The notes beneath the pieces were generated by a model that saw only the letters and a list, made by a program, of their open reading frames with translations, had not been told where the DNA came from and did no database searches. A DNA stretch of 45,496 nt from Sphingomonas sp. (GTDB taxonomy: Bacteria > Pseudomonadota > Alphaproteobacteria > Sphingomonadales > Sphingomonadaceae): NCBI GenBank assembly GCA_031397785.1, contig JANNMK010000209.1, forward strand, positions 1 to 45,496. The letters run 5' to 3'. Within the stretch, counting starts at the first letter, position 1; the number at the start of each line of letters is the position of its first letter. Made by a program: the position numbers and the translations under genes. Below, piece by piece: positions 1 through 9,588 of the stretch.

Positions 1-464
1 TGGCGCACAAGGCGAGCCACGAAGGCGTCATCGCTGCCGAAGCCATTGCGCAGGAACTCGGCAACACCGACGTCCACCCGCACCCGATGGACGCAGCCAA
101 CATCCCCGGCTGCACCTATTGCCACCCGCAAATAGCCAGCGTCGGCCTGACCGAGGCCAAGGCCCGCGAAGCCGGGCGCGACGTGCGCGTCGGCAATTTC
201 CCGTTCATCGGCAACGGCAAGGCGATCGCGCTGGGGGAGGCGGAGGGCTTCATCAAGACTGTGTTCGACGCCGCGACCGGCGAACTCCTCGGCGCGCACA
301 TGATCGGCGCAGAGGTTACCGAACTGATCCACGGCTACACGCTGGGCAAGACCGCCGAGCTGGTCGAGGCCGACTTCATGCACACCGTCTACCCGCACCC
401 GACATTGAGCGAGATGATGCACGAAAGCGTGCTCGGTGCGTATGGCAAGGTGATCCATCTCTGA
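1..464 (+). CDS. lpdA: Dihydrolipoyl dehydrogenase (E3), 3' part; truncated by window start
   Basis: Frame is open from the window edge: AHKASHEGVIAAEAIA...IPGCTYCHPQIASVGLTE...GNGKA...HPTLSE (E3 interface domain with the His-Pro-x-x-x-Glu catalytic motif). Confidence 0.95.
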   Translation, partial: AHKASHEGVIAAEAIAQELGNTDVHPHPMDAANIPGCTYCHPQIASVGLTEAKAREAGRDVRVGNFPFIGNGKAIALGEAEGFIKTVFDAATGELLGAHMIGAEVTELIHGYTLGKTAELVEADFMHTVYPHPTLSEMMHESVLGAYGKVIHL

Positions 465-537
465 GCTTCGCGCCGCCCGGTCCGGTCTGGTCGGCTGGGG
501 ACTGGCTCTGCTCGCCGCCACGATCGCGCTTGGCCTG

Positions 538-1101
538 TTGATCCCGCTTGGCCTGGTCGATGATTTCGATCGCAGCATCGCGACCGCCTTGTCGCTCCGC
601 ACGGGACAGTCGGACACCGGGCTGATTGCCGCGATGCAGGCGATCAGCTGGGCCAGTGGCGGCTCCCCGCGCTGGGTCATCGTCATCGCCATCTGTGCCA
701 CCCTGCTGTGGCAGGGCTGGCGGCGACCGGCGATTGCGCTCGCCGTCGCCTCGCTGGGATCGCTGCTGGCATCGGAATCGCTCAAGGCGCTGTTCGGCAG
801 GGTCCGCCCCGATATCGTCGTCCACCTCGATTCCGCGAGCAACGCTGCATATCCGAGCGGTCATGCGACCAATACGGCGGTGGTTTATGTTCTGCTTGCT
901 CTATTCGTCTCGCCGCGCTGGCGCACGATGGCGATGGGCGCGGCGATGTTGCTCGCTGCGCTGACCGGCTTGTCGCGGATCATGCTCGGCGTGCACTGGC
1001 CGACAGATGTGATCGGCGGATGGATGCTCGGTACGGCATTTGCGTTCATCGCTGCATGGTGGGCGCGCCGCGCCACCGGGCAACCAAGTGGCGGCAGATA
1101 G
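538..1101 (+). CDS. PAP2-family membrane phosphatase (start uncertain; frame is open about 80 nt further upstream)
   Basis: The three PAP2 motifs are present: KALFGRVRP, YPSGH, SRIMLGVHWPTDV; several hydrophobic segments. Confidence 0.9.
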   Translation: MIPLGLVDDFDRSIATALSLRTGQSDTGLIAAMQAISWASGGSPRWVIVIAICATLLWQGWRRPAIALAVASLGSLLASESLKALFGRVRPDIVVHLDSASNAAYPSGHATNTAVVYVLLALFVSPRWRTMAMGAAMLLAALTGLSRIMLGVHWPTDVIGGWMLGTAFAFIAAWWARRATGQPSGGR

Positions 1102-1212
1102 CGGTCCGGCTGCGGGCGCTGACCCGCAGTTGCGGATGGCGTGACATCAATCACACATCGGTCGTTGAGACAGGGATATGATTTACGCCCGACGTGCGAG
1201 GGGAGAATGATC

Positions 1213-1794
1213 ATGGCGATGACCTATACCGACCAGCAATTGATCGATCGGGTGGAGGCCAAGGCGCAGGGGTTCACCGGCTGGAAAAAGGGTGTCTATC
1301 TTGTCGCGGTGCGATCGTCGGCGGACATTCCCGACGCCTTCGATGACAAGGCCTATGTGTTCGATTGCAAAGCCGATGGTCAGCGGCCCAGCTTTTTCAT
1401 GGTGACGAGTTGCACCACCCACCCCGGCGTCGATGTACTCAAGAATTTTGCGACCAAATATAATCCGGCAGGTGCGCCGGTGCTGAAATCGGACGCGATG
1501 GTCTATGGCAGCCACGGTTTTGGCAAGCACAAGGGCTATGCCGCCTATGAACAGGTCAAGGCCTTTCCCTATTTCCGCGACAAGGACAAGGACGCCAAGG
1601 CAGAGGAACAGGCACCCGAACATTCGGGCGACATTGCTGCCAATGTCCATCGTGCCAATCCCGACAAGATATCGCTGGTCAACAAAAACTGGTCGGCGGG
1701 CTGAATCGTGATGAACGATCCCGACCGTTTTGCCGCCTTCCTGAAATTCATGAACCGGCGCCCGCTGACCGTGGCGATCCTCAAGCAGTTTTGA
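1213..1794 (+). pseudogene. YkuD/L,D-transpeptidase-like protein with an in-frame TGA (1702-1704) at the predicted catalytic Cys; pseudogene or recoded gene
   Basis: RBS GAGGGGAG at 1198-1205. Reads ...ANVHRA...VNKNWSAG*IVMNDPDRFAAFLKFMNRRPLTVAILKQF-stop(1794). H...S-x-G-(C) resembles the YkuD catalytic motif. GC3-rich codon usage continues after the TGA. Confidence 0.6.
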
Positions 1795-1924
1795 CGTTAG
1801 CCGTATCAATGGCAATGCGCAGGCGCTGTCCCCGGCTGCTTGTCATATCGGATTTTGCCTGTCACGCTCGGCAACGCGGCGATGCAACGCGCATCGCCGA
1901 ACAGGGCATCAGGGAAATGTGCAC

Positions 1925-3256
1925 ATGGCGACACGCGCAACGATAGAGAAATTCTCGAAATCCGCAGCGCTATGCGCGACATTTCTGGCCGGCATCGCCG
2001 CCGCAACTCCTGCCGCAGCCGACATCGCTGTCATCACGGCGGCCCGGATGATCGATGTCGAGACCGGGCGTGTCGTCGAATACCCCGCGATCTTCGTCGG
2101 AGAGGATGGCCGCATAACCAGCATCGCCGATGCCCGCACCGTCCGCTGGGGCAGCGATGTTCGCCATGTCGATCTGGGTCAGCGCACGATCCTGCCGGGC
2201 CTCATCGACATGCATGTCCATCTCGATGGCGTCCCCGAAATCGGCGGCTATGGCGCGCTCCAATATACCGACCGGTTCTGGCCCATGGTTGCGGCACGCA
2301 ACGCCCGCTCGATGCTCGATGCCGGTTTCACCACCGTCCGCAATGTCGGCTCGGACGATCTCAACGATGTCGGCCTCAAACAGGCGATCGACGCGGGCTA
2401 TGCCATCGGCCCCCGCATCGTGCCGGCCGCCTATGCGCTGGGCGCAACCGGCGGCCATTGCGACGAAACCTATCTGCCGCCGTCGATGTATTCGCCGCCG
2501 CCAAGCATCGGCAACGGCCCCGACCAGCTGCGCACCCGTGTCCGCGAAATGCGGCGCATGGGTGCCGAAGTTATCAAGGTGTGCGCCACCGGTGGCGTCT
2601 TTTCCCGCAATACCGAGCCGGGGCAGCAGCAATTGCGCGAGGAAGAGCTGCGCGCCATCGCCGAGGAAGCGCATATGTGGGGCATGCGGGTCGCCGCGCA
2701 CGCCCATGGTGCCGCCGGTATCCGCGCCGCCATCGCGGCAGGCATCGACACCATTGAACACGCCAGCCTTGTCGATGCCGAAGGGATCCGCATGGCCGCC
2801 ACCCGGCGGGAACCGGTGTGGTTTTCGATGGACATCTTCAACACCGACTACACCCAGGCCGAAGGCGCAGCGAACGGGGTGATGGAGGATAATTTGCGCA
2901 AGGACCGCGAGGTCGCGCAAATCCAGCGCGACAATTTCCGCGCCGCGCACCGCGCCGGGGTGCGCATGGTGTTCGGATCGGATGCCGGGGTCATGCCGCA
3001 CGCGAGCGCGCCCGGGCAATTTCGCACCATGGTCGAATATGGCATGACCCCGCTTCAGGCGATCCAGGCCGCCACGCGCAACGCCGCCCAGGCGCTCGGG
3101 CGTGAGGCCGATGTCGGGATGATTGCCGTTGGTCGCTATGCCGACATCGTCGCGGTCGACGGCGATCCGCTGGCCGACATCGGCGAGCTGACCAGCGTCG
3201 ATGCGGTCGTCAAGGGCGGGGTGCGGATCGAACGCGATCCGGCAATGCGGCGATAG
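1925..3256 (+). CDS. Secreted metal-dependent amidohydrolase (Xaa-Pro dipeptidase-like)
   Basis: Signal-peptide-like N-terminus; PGLIDMHVH, VIKVCATGGV, AHAHG, IEH and FGSDAG binuclear-metal motifs. Confidence 0.9.
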   Translation: MATRATIEKFSKSAALCATFLAGIAAATPAAADIAVITAARMIDVETGRVVEYPAIFVGEDGRITSIADARTVRWGSDVRHVDLGQRTILPGLIDMHVHLDGVPEIGGYGALQYTDRFWPMVAARNARSMLDAGFTTVRNVGSDDLNDVGLKQAIDAGYAIGPRIVPAAYALGATGGHCDETYLPPSMYSPPPSIGNGPDQLRTRVREMRRMGAEVIKVCATGGVFSRNTEPGQQQLREEELRAIAEEAHMWGMRVAAHAHGAAGIRAAIAAGIDTIEHASLVDAEGIRMAATRREPVWFSMDIFNTDYTQAEGAANGVMEDNLRKDREVAQIQRDNFRAAHRAGVRMVFGSDAGVMPHASAPGQFRTMVEYGMTPLQAIQAATRNAAQALGREADVGMIAVGRYADIVAVDGDPLADIGELTSVDAVVKGGVRIERDPAMRR

Positions 3257-3281
3257 GGGGGTGGAACCGGCCTATCCCCGC
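3247..3281. terminator. Imperfect inverted repeat spanning the two convergent stop codons; possible bidirectional terminator
   Basis: GCGG-C-GATAGG...CCTATC-C-CCGC; no clear U-tract. Confidence 0.3.
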
Positions 3282-5650
3282 AACCGCTCGATGGCCTGCG
3301 CCAGCGCGACGTAAACCTTGCCGATATCCGATGACAGCAATGTAACCGCGAGCGCAGACCCCGCACGGGTATCCATCACGCCGCGCAACATCGCTTCGAA
3401 ATCATGGATGTAGCGATTGACCAGACCTCTGAACTCGTCATCATCCTGGTAGCGCCGCAGCACGTCGCGCGCCTCGGTTGCAGTCAGTAACCGCACCGCA
3501 CGCCGCGCAAAAATGCCGCGGTCGCCCCGCATATAGGCATCCCAGGCCTGGTCGGCGACCTCGGTGGACAATAGCCTGGTCATGTCGACAGCGGTGGATT
3601 GCAGCGCCTCGCTGGTCAGCGCCATCTGCTGCGACAATGTGTCGCGGTCATGATCGGCGACCTTGGCCGATACCTCCCCGACCCGCGCCTCGATGGCGGC
3701 GCTGCTGTCGGCGATGGTGATCAACTGCCGCATCAGGCGATCCGAAGCCGTGTTGGCTGCCGACACGGCGCGCTCGGCTGCTTCGCCGATCGACCCGATG
3801 CGGTTGGCCACGGCATCCCCGGTCGCACCGTCGATTGCTTCAGCAATCACCCGCTCGATGTCCGATGCACTGTCGCTGGCTGCCGCCGCAATCGCACAGC
3901 GCGCCCGTTCCGCAGACGCCGTGGCCGAACGCTCGCTTTGCTCGACACCGGACACCAGCGCCGGAGCCGCTTCTTCGGCAACCCGGCGGATGTCGCCATC
4001 CAGCCTCGCCACGGCATCCGCCAATTGGGCAATCGCGCTGCTCTGCGCCTCAAGCGAGGCAACAACGCCGCGATCCAGTGCGGTCAGCGTTGCGGCTTGC
4101 TGTTCGAGCAGCACTTCGGCTTCGTGCAGTCGCGCGAGCGCGACACCGGCCCCTTCGGAACTGGCGTCGATCAGCGGGGGCAGGGCAGCAAGGGAATCGC
4201 GGCTCGCCGCCACATGGTCCTGCAACCGGGCCAGCGCCGCCGGAAGGGCGGTGTCCACTTGACGCGTTGCGCCCTCGAGCGCGGCAACACAATCCGCCAC
4301 CCGTTCGATCAGCTGCACTGCCTGGGCGTTGCTGCCGTCGGTCGATTGCGACAGCATGTCAAAACCGCTCTGCAATGTGCCGAACAGCCGTGAAACCGTC
4401 GCCATCCGCGCCTCGGCCTCGGTTTCAAATGCTGCCAGCCGTGCACCCATATCACCGGCCAGCGCCAGCAATATGCTGTTCGCCGCATGGCTTTGTGCCA
4501 CACCGGATTCGATCGCGGTGCCGAGCGCGGTGGTTCGCACTTCGGCGTCGGTCACACCGCTGCGTAACTCCGCCAGTTGCGCAGTGCTGCTGTCAGCCAT
4601 GCGGCGCCGGGCGTCTGCGAGCCGCTGTTCGACCTGCTCACATCCCGCTTCGAGACTGGTCGCCAGGTCGGCAAGCATCGCCAGCGCATTTTCACGCTGC
4701 ATGTCGAGCGCAGCCTCGAACCGGGCCGCAGCCCCCCTTGACGACTGCTCGGCCAGAACGGCTGCTTCGGTCAGGGCGGCAATCCGTCGCTCCAGTGCCG
4801 CATCGGCCCCGCCGATTACCCGCTCGGCTTCGGCTGTCTCGGCTTGCAGAGCAGCGATCCGCTCTTCCAGACGGCCACCGTATTGATAAGCGGACTGGCC
4901 CGCTTGCTTGAAGTTGTCGGCGGCACGTCGGGCAACCTCGTCGACCTTGGGGAGGGCGACGACAAGCCCATCCATCTGGCGCAGCGCCATATCGCCCTGC
5001 TGTGCGATGACCGCTGCTGCCGCCGCTGCATCGCGCATCCGGGTTTCGACCGTCAGGGTCATGGCCTCGACCCGTTGCCCGGACTCGAGCGTTGCCACCG
5101 CAAACTGGTCAGCCCTCGCGTTCAACGTCGCCTGGGCGGAGTGCCAATGCCGGTCGATCATCGCCAACCGGTCGGTCAGCATATGCTGCTCGCTGCGCAG
5201 CGTGGCCAGCAATCTGAGGTGGCGCTGGACGCTGCGTGCAGACCCGCGATCGAGCACGATCCAGATAATCAGCAGAGCGATCAGCGGTATCGTGGCGGTG
5301 GCGACCAGCGCCGGAAAATCTGCCTCGGGCGGCAAAACCGCAAACCCGCGTGAGACCGAAAATGCAAACCAGCCCACCCAGGCCATGGCTGTCATCGCCA
5401 GCAGCAAGACAATCCACGGGAAGCCGCGCTCCGGGGTTTCGGCAGCAAAGTCACCGGCGTCATCCCAGATGGGCGATTCGGCAACCTCGGCCGCAGGGGC
5501 TGTTGGCGATGGCTGGGAGATGACTTCGATCGGTATGTTCCCATCCCCTCGATCGGTCACGGTTGCATCAACAGGGTTCATCACCGTCTCCGATGTCGTT
5601 GCCCCGGCTCCCGTCGGCCATATGCCGACAATTTTGCGTTCCCTCACCAT
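3272..5650 (-). CDS. Two-TM, long coiled-coil polar scaffold protein (TipN/GPR-RgsE-like)
   Basis: Two TM helices near the N-terminus, ~550 aa Ala-rich coiled coil, C-terminal WDAYMRGDRGIFARR...FRGLVNRYIHDFEAML...LLSSDIGKVYVALAQA resembling alphaproteobacterial pole proteins. ATG at 5650 chosen. Confidence 0.65.
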   Translation of the reverse strand: MVRERKIVGIWPTGAGATTSETVMNPVDATVTDRGDGNIPIEVISQPSPTAPAAEVAESPIWDDAGDFAAETPERGFPWIVLLLAMTAMAWVGWFAFSVSRGFAVLPPEADFPALVATATIPLIALLIIWIVLDRGSARSVQRHLRLLATLRSEQHMLTDRLAMIDRHWHSAQATLNARADQFAVATLESGQRVEAMTLTVETRMRDAAAAAAVIAQQGDMALRQMDGLVVALPKVDEVARRAADNFKQAGQSAYQYGGRLEERIAALQAETAEAERVIGGADAALERRIAALTEAAVLAEQSSRGAAARFEAALDMQRENALAMLADLATSLEAGCEQVEQRLADARRRMADSSTAQLAELRSGVTDAEVRTTALGTAIESGVAQSHAANSILLALAGDMGARLAAFETEAEARMATVSRLFGTLQSGFDMLSQSTDGSNAQAVQLIERVADCVAALEGATRQVDTALPAALARLQDHVAASRDSLAALPPLIDASSEGAGVALARLHEAEVLLEQQAATLTALDRGVVASLEAQSSAIAQLADAVARLDGDIRRVAEEAAPALVSGVEQSERSATASAERARCAIAAAASDSASDIERVIAEAIDGATGDAVANRIGSIGEAAERAVSAANTASDRLMRQLITIADSSAAIEARVGEVSAKVADHDRDTLSQQMALTSEALQSTAVDMTRLLSTEVADQAWDAYMRGDRGIFARRAVRLLTATEARDVLRRYQDDDEFRGLVNRYIHDFEAMLRGVMDTRAGSALAVTLLSSDIGKVYVALAQAIERLRG

Positions 5651-5665
5651 GGCGGGAAACATAGC

Positions 5666-5673
5666 ATGGTTAA
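5666..5673 (-). promoter_or_regulatory. TTAACCAT CtrA-type 8-mer just upstream of the polar scaffold gene
   Basis: Minus strand reads TTAACCAT-GCTATG about 15 nt before the ATG at 5650. TTAACCAT is the CtrA-associated motif known from Caulobacter. Confidence 0.4.
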
Positions 5674-5856
5674 TCGATAACGCCATGCATCCGGATGAAT
5701 GGCTCGTGATAGGCAAATTCAAACGCGGTTCAGCGACCAATGGCGATAGTCTGGCGGCGCGATGTCGGGAAGTGCTGGCATCGCCCGGTGGGCGGGCTTA
5801 TGTGTGCGCAGCATCGAAAGCGAGCGCGCGGAACAGCGCGATGTGGAGAAAGAGAC

Positions 5857-7203
5857 ATGAAGATGGTTGCGAAATCCGGCGTTGCAAAGATTCTGACCGT
5901 GCTGACGATGACGGCGTCGATCACCGCTCTGGGCGCCACGACAGCCGATGCGCAGCGCCGAAATCGTGATCGTCAGCCCGAAGCGCCCGCCGCGCCCGCG
6001 ACTCCGCAGGTCAGCCGCGCCTTTTCGACGGCCTATATGCCTGTGCAAACCGCGCAGCGCGCCTCCGACTGGGCCGCGATGGATGCGGCACTTCCAGCGG
6101 CGCGGACCGCAGCGGTCAGCGAATATGAAAAATATCTCGTCGCGCGCGCCGATCTGGTGGTCGGGCTCAATCTCAATGATGAGCCGCGCCAGAATGCGGC
6201 AGCGACCGCGATCATCGATTCGAACGGGATTCCGGCCGCCGACCAGGCGTCCATGTATACGATCGCGGCGCAACGCGCCTATGCTGCGGACGATTATCCG
6301 CTCGCAGCCAGCCGTGGCGCGCGGGCCATCGAACTGGGTTCGACTGTGGAAAGCATCCCGCTGCTGGTCGTCGATGCGCTGGTGCGTTCCAATCAGCTCG
6401 ATCAGGCAGCGGCTGCCGCGCGGGCACAGATCGCCCGTGCCACCGCCGCCGGAACGAAACCGGCCGAGCAGATATACACCGTTGTCGCGCGCGCCATGCA
6501 GGAGGCGAATCGCAATGCCGAACTACGCGAGTTCATCCGGCTGCGGCTTGAGGCCTTTCCTGTGGCCGCCAATTTCCGGCAGAGTTCGCTCATCTTCCTG
6601 CAGACGATGGAGGGCGAAGAGGACAGAGGCATCAATATCGACCTGATGCGCCTTCTGGTTGCCGCCGATGCGATGAGCGAGCGTCGCTTTTATGTCGAAT
6701 ATGTCTCCAGCCTGGCCGAAGAGGCGTTGCCGAACGAGGTGCTGACCGCGATAGCTGCGGGTCGCGCCGCCAACCTCATTCCTGCGGGCGACGCGACCTT
6801 TGCGGAACGTGAAACCAGTGCAAGGTCCAATCTCGCTGAAGATCGCGCATCGTTGCCGGGCGCGGAACGGCGCGCCGTCGCGTCGCCTGAGGCCCGACTG
6901 GCAACCCGCATCGCCGATGCCTATCTCGCCTATGAAAATTACGCAAAAGCCGAAGAATTATACACCAGCGCGCTGGGCAAGACCGGTGCAGACACCGATC
7001 TGATCAACAGCCGTCTGGGCATCACCCGCTACCGCGCTGGCAATAACGCCGGCGCACTCGCGGCCTTTGCCCTGGTCCAGGGCCCGCAGCGGGCGGAAGT
7101 TGCCCGCTATTGGGAAATATTGATCCGTTCGAAAATGGCACCGGCGGCAGCACCTGCAACGCCGGCAACACCTGCACCGGCGGCGCCTGCTACACCGAAC
7201 TGA
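5857..7203 (+). CDS. Exported TPR-like helical repeat protein
   Basis: RBS GGAG before ATG 5857; signal peptide (…TTADA); TPR-like segments (IADAYLAYENYAKAEELYTSAL); Pro/Ala-rich tail. Confidence 0.8.
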   Translation: MKMVAKSGVAKILTVLTMTASITALGATTADAQRRNRDRQPEAPAAPATPQVSRAFSTAYMPVQTAQRASDWAAMDAALPAARTAAVSEYEKYLVARADLVVGLNLNDEPRQNAAATAIIDSNGIPAADQASMYTIAAQRAYAADDYPLAASRGARAIELGSTVESIPLLVVDALVRSNQLDQAAAAARAQIARATAAGTKPAEQIYTVVARAMQEANRNAELREFIRLRLEAFPVAANFRQSSLIFLQTMEGEEDRGINIDLMRLLVAADAMSERRFYVEYVSSLAEEALPNEVLTAIAAGRAANLIPAGDATFAERETSARSNLAEDRASLPGAERRAVASPEARLATRIADAYLAYENYAKAEELYTSALGKTGADTDLINSRLGITRYRAGNNAGALAAFALVQGPQRAEVARYWEILIRSKMAPAAAPATPATPAPAAPATPN

Positions 7204-7221
7204 TCCGCCGTCAGCAAGAAC

Positions 7222-7256
7222 AAGCCGCCGGATTTGTCCTCCGGCGGCTTTTTCTT
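7222..7256. terminator. Rho-independent terminator, probably bidirectional
   Basis: AAGCCGCCGGA-tttgtcc-TCCGGCGGCTT followed by TTTCTT, between convergent genes. Confidence 0.85.
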
Positions 7257-7273
7257 GACCATCTGCGGCGCGA

Positions 7274-7756
7274 TCAGATTTCGCCGTCGTCCACCGGGAC
7301 ACCGACCGCATGTTTGGACTGGCGGATGGTCAGCGATGTCTTGACGCTGGTAACATTGGGCGCGGATGTGAGTTTGGACGTCAGGAATCGCTGAAATCCC
7401 TGCAAGTCTCGTGCGACGATCTTGAGAATGAAATCGATCTCGCCGTTCAGCATGTAGCATTCGCGCACTTCGGGCAGCGCGGCGATATGCGCTTCAAATG
7501 CCTCTAGGTCGTTTTCGGCCTGGCTGCGCAAACTGACCATGGCAAACACGGTGATGCCAAATCCCAGTTGTGCGGCATCCAGCTCGGCATGATAGCTGCG
7601 GATGACGCCCGTTTCCTCCAGCGCCCGCACACGTCGCAAACATGGCGGTGCCGTCAGGCCGACCCTCTGCGCGAGATCGACATTGGTCATCCGCCCATCA
7701 TCCTGCAGTTCGCGAAGGATCTGGACGTCGATGGGATCGAATTTGCTGGCGCTCAT
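7274..7756 (-). CDS. Lrp/AsnC family transcriptional regulator
   Basis: FDPIDVQILRELQDDGRMTNVDLAQRVGLTAPPCLRRVRALEE HTH; ECYMLNGEIDFILKI RAM domain. Confidence 0.95.
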   Translation of the reverse strand: MSASKFDPIDVQILRELQDDGRMTNVDLAQRVGLTAPPCLRRVRALEETGVIRSYHAELDAAQLGFGITVFAMVSLRSQAENDLEAFEAHIAALPEVRECYMLNGEIDFILKIVARDLQGFQRFLTSKLTSAPNVTSVKTSLTIRQSKHAVGVPVDDGEI

Positions 7757-7918
7757 GGGTAATTTCCGGTCACTGTGGCTTGCGGAATGATAATTATATT
7801 TCCGAACAATGCAATTGTCCCATAGTGTGACGTGATGATTTAGCCATCTATCGCAAACGCGGTGTTCACGATATTCGAACACCCATGCTCAACCCCGGAT
7901 GCGTCATCGGAATTTGCA

Positions 7919-9553
7919 GTGCGGTTTGACGACCGTCTCGACACTATATTGCAGATCGATCCGTCGCACCCTGCCGGGCGCCAGGCTCTGTGGTGCCAGC
8001 TTGTCGATATGCTTTCCCAGTCCGGCGGGAATTTAGCCCCGGATTCCGCCGCGCGTGGCCTGGCCGCCCTCGCGGTTCTGCGTTCGTCCGTGCCGCTTGC
8101 GGTCCGGGCCCAGGCCGCGCGTTCGGTGGCCAGGCGCTGCCGCTTCTCGCCGCTCGTCATATTCCTCGCCAAGGACGAGCCACCTGTTGTCGTGGCCTTG
8201 TTCGATTCCGTTCAGCTGACATCGGACGAATGGCACGATGTGCTGCCCGTCGTCGGACCTCTGGCGCGCAGTAGACTGCGCAATCGCCGCGATCTGCCGG
8301 TGGATGTCATCCGGTTGCTCGACAATTTCGGTTCGACCGACTTTGCCCTGCCACCGGGGCCAGCACCATTGCTTGCTGCCGTGCCGATGATGCAGGCCGC
8401 TGCGCAGAACGCTGTCGCCCCCGGATCGAACAGCAGCATTGCCGACCTCGTTCAGCGTATCGAGGCCTATCGCAATCGCCCGGCCGCAAATGACCCGCAG
8501 CTCGGCCGAAAGATCGCTGATCTCCCGTTCGACGACACAGAAGTGGCATGCTTCCGATGCGATGCCGATGGTCTCGTCCGCAGCATAACCGGGCTGCCAC
8601 GCGGCGTCTTTGTCGGTTTGTCTCTCGCCAGCGCAGCACGCCCTGCCGATACCGGGGTCGATGCCGGGATTGCCCGCGCCTTTGGCAAACGCCAGGCCAT
8701 CGTTGACGGGCGGCTGCTGATGGTCGATGCCGGGCCATGGTCGGGTCAGTGGCTGATAGCCGCTGCACCGCAATTCGATCGGGAAACAGGCCGTTTCCTG
8801 GGATATCGCGGCACAATAGAGCATGGCGATATGCCTGCCACCAAACAGAGCGCGCCCGCTGCGCCCGCCCGACCACGCTCGGAAGGGATGCGCCAGATGG
8901 TGCATGAACTGCGCTCGCCATTAAATGCCATCAGCGGCTTTGCGCAGCTGATCGAGGGACAATATTTCGGCCCGGTCAGCAATCGCTACCGTGATCTTGC
9001 CCGGTCGGTCATGAACGATGCAACCGTCCTGACCAGCGCATTTGAAGATATCGATCTGGCCGCCCGGCTCGATACAGGCACATTGGCACGATCCGGCGGA
9101 CACAGCGACGTAGGCGCCATGATGATGGCGTTGATTGATGGCAGCGAAGGGGACGGTCTCACCTATATCGGGCCAGACTCCGGCCTGCCAGACTCCAGCC
9201 TATATGTCGCGCTCGGCGAACGCGATCTGCACCAGCTGCTCTTCCGCTTCATTGCATTGGCAACGGCGCAGGCAGACGGGTCCTCACCGACCCGCATCGC
9301 CGTATTTGCCGATGCCGCGACGGGAGAGGCCGTGATCGAAGCGACAGGGCAGCATATCGACGCTCAAGGCGTAGATGCCACAAATGGGGGGCAGGGCGGT
9401 CTGGGCAGCTCTCTGGGTAGCGCATTCGCCCGGCGGCTGGTTGATCGCATGGCGGCGAACCACGGCGGCAGCCTTCGGCTCGCCACAGGTAAAGCACTCC
9501 TCAACCTCCCCTGTGCTAGGCATGGTGAGGAGCGAATCGGGGCTGGGGTCTAG
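7919..9553 (+). CDS. Cytoplasmic histidine-kinase-like protein (intact HisKA H-box, degenerate ATPase domain)
   Basis: GTG start at VRFDDRLDTIL; HELRSPLNAISGFAQLI H-box; PAS-like middle region; no recognisable N box or DxGxG G1 box. Confidence 0.75.
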   Translation: MRFDDRLDTILQIDPSHPAGRQALWCQLVDMLSQSGGNLAPDSAARGLAALAVLRSSVPLAVRAQAARSVARRCRFSPLVIFLAKDEPPVVVALFDSVQLTSDEWHDVLPVVGPLARSRLRNRRDLPVDVIRLLDNFGSTDFALPPGPAPLLAAVPMMQAAAQNAVAPGSNSSIADLVQRIEAYRNRPAANDPQLGRKIADLPFDDTEVACFRCDADGLVRSITGLPRGVFVGLSLASAARPADTGVDAGIARAFGKRQAIVDGRLLMVDAGPWSGQWLIAAAPQFDRETGRFLGYRGTIEHGDMPATKQSAPAAPARPRSEGMRQMVHELRSPLNAISGFAQLIEGQYFGPVSNRYRDLARSVMNDATVLTSAFEDIDLAARLDTGTLARSGGHSDVGAMMMALIDGSEGDGLTYIGPDSGLPDSSLYVALGERDLHQLLFRFIALATAQADGSSPTRIAVFADAATGEAVIEATGQHIDAQGVDATNGGQGGLGSSLGSAFARRLVDRMAANHGGSLRLATGKALLNLPCARHGEERIGAGV

Positions 9554-9588
9554 GCACAGCCCGCACGCACAGGGGCAGCAGGCGGATT

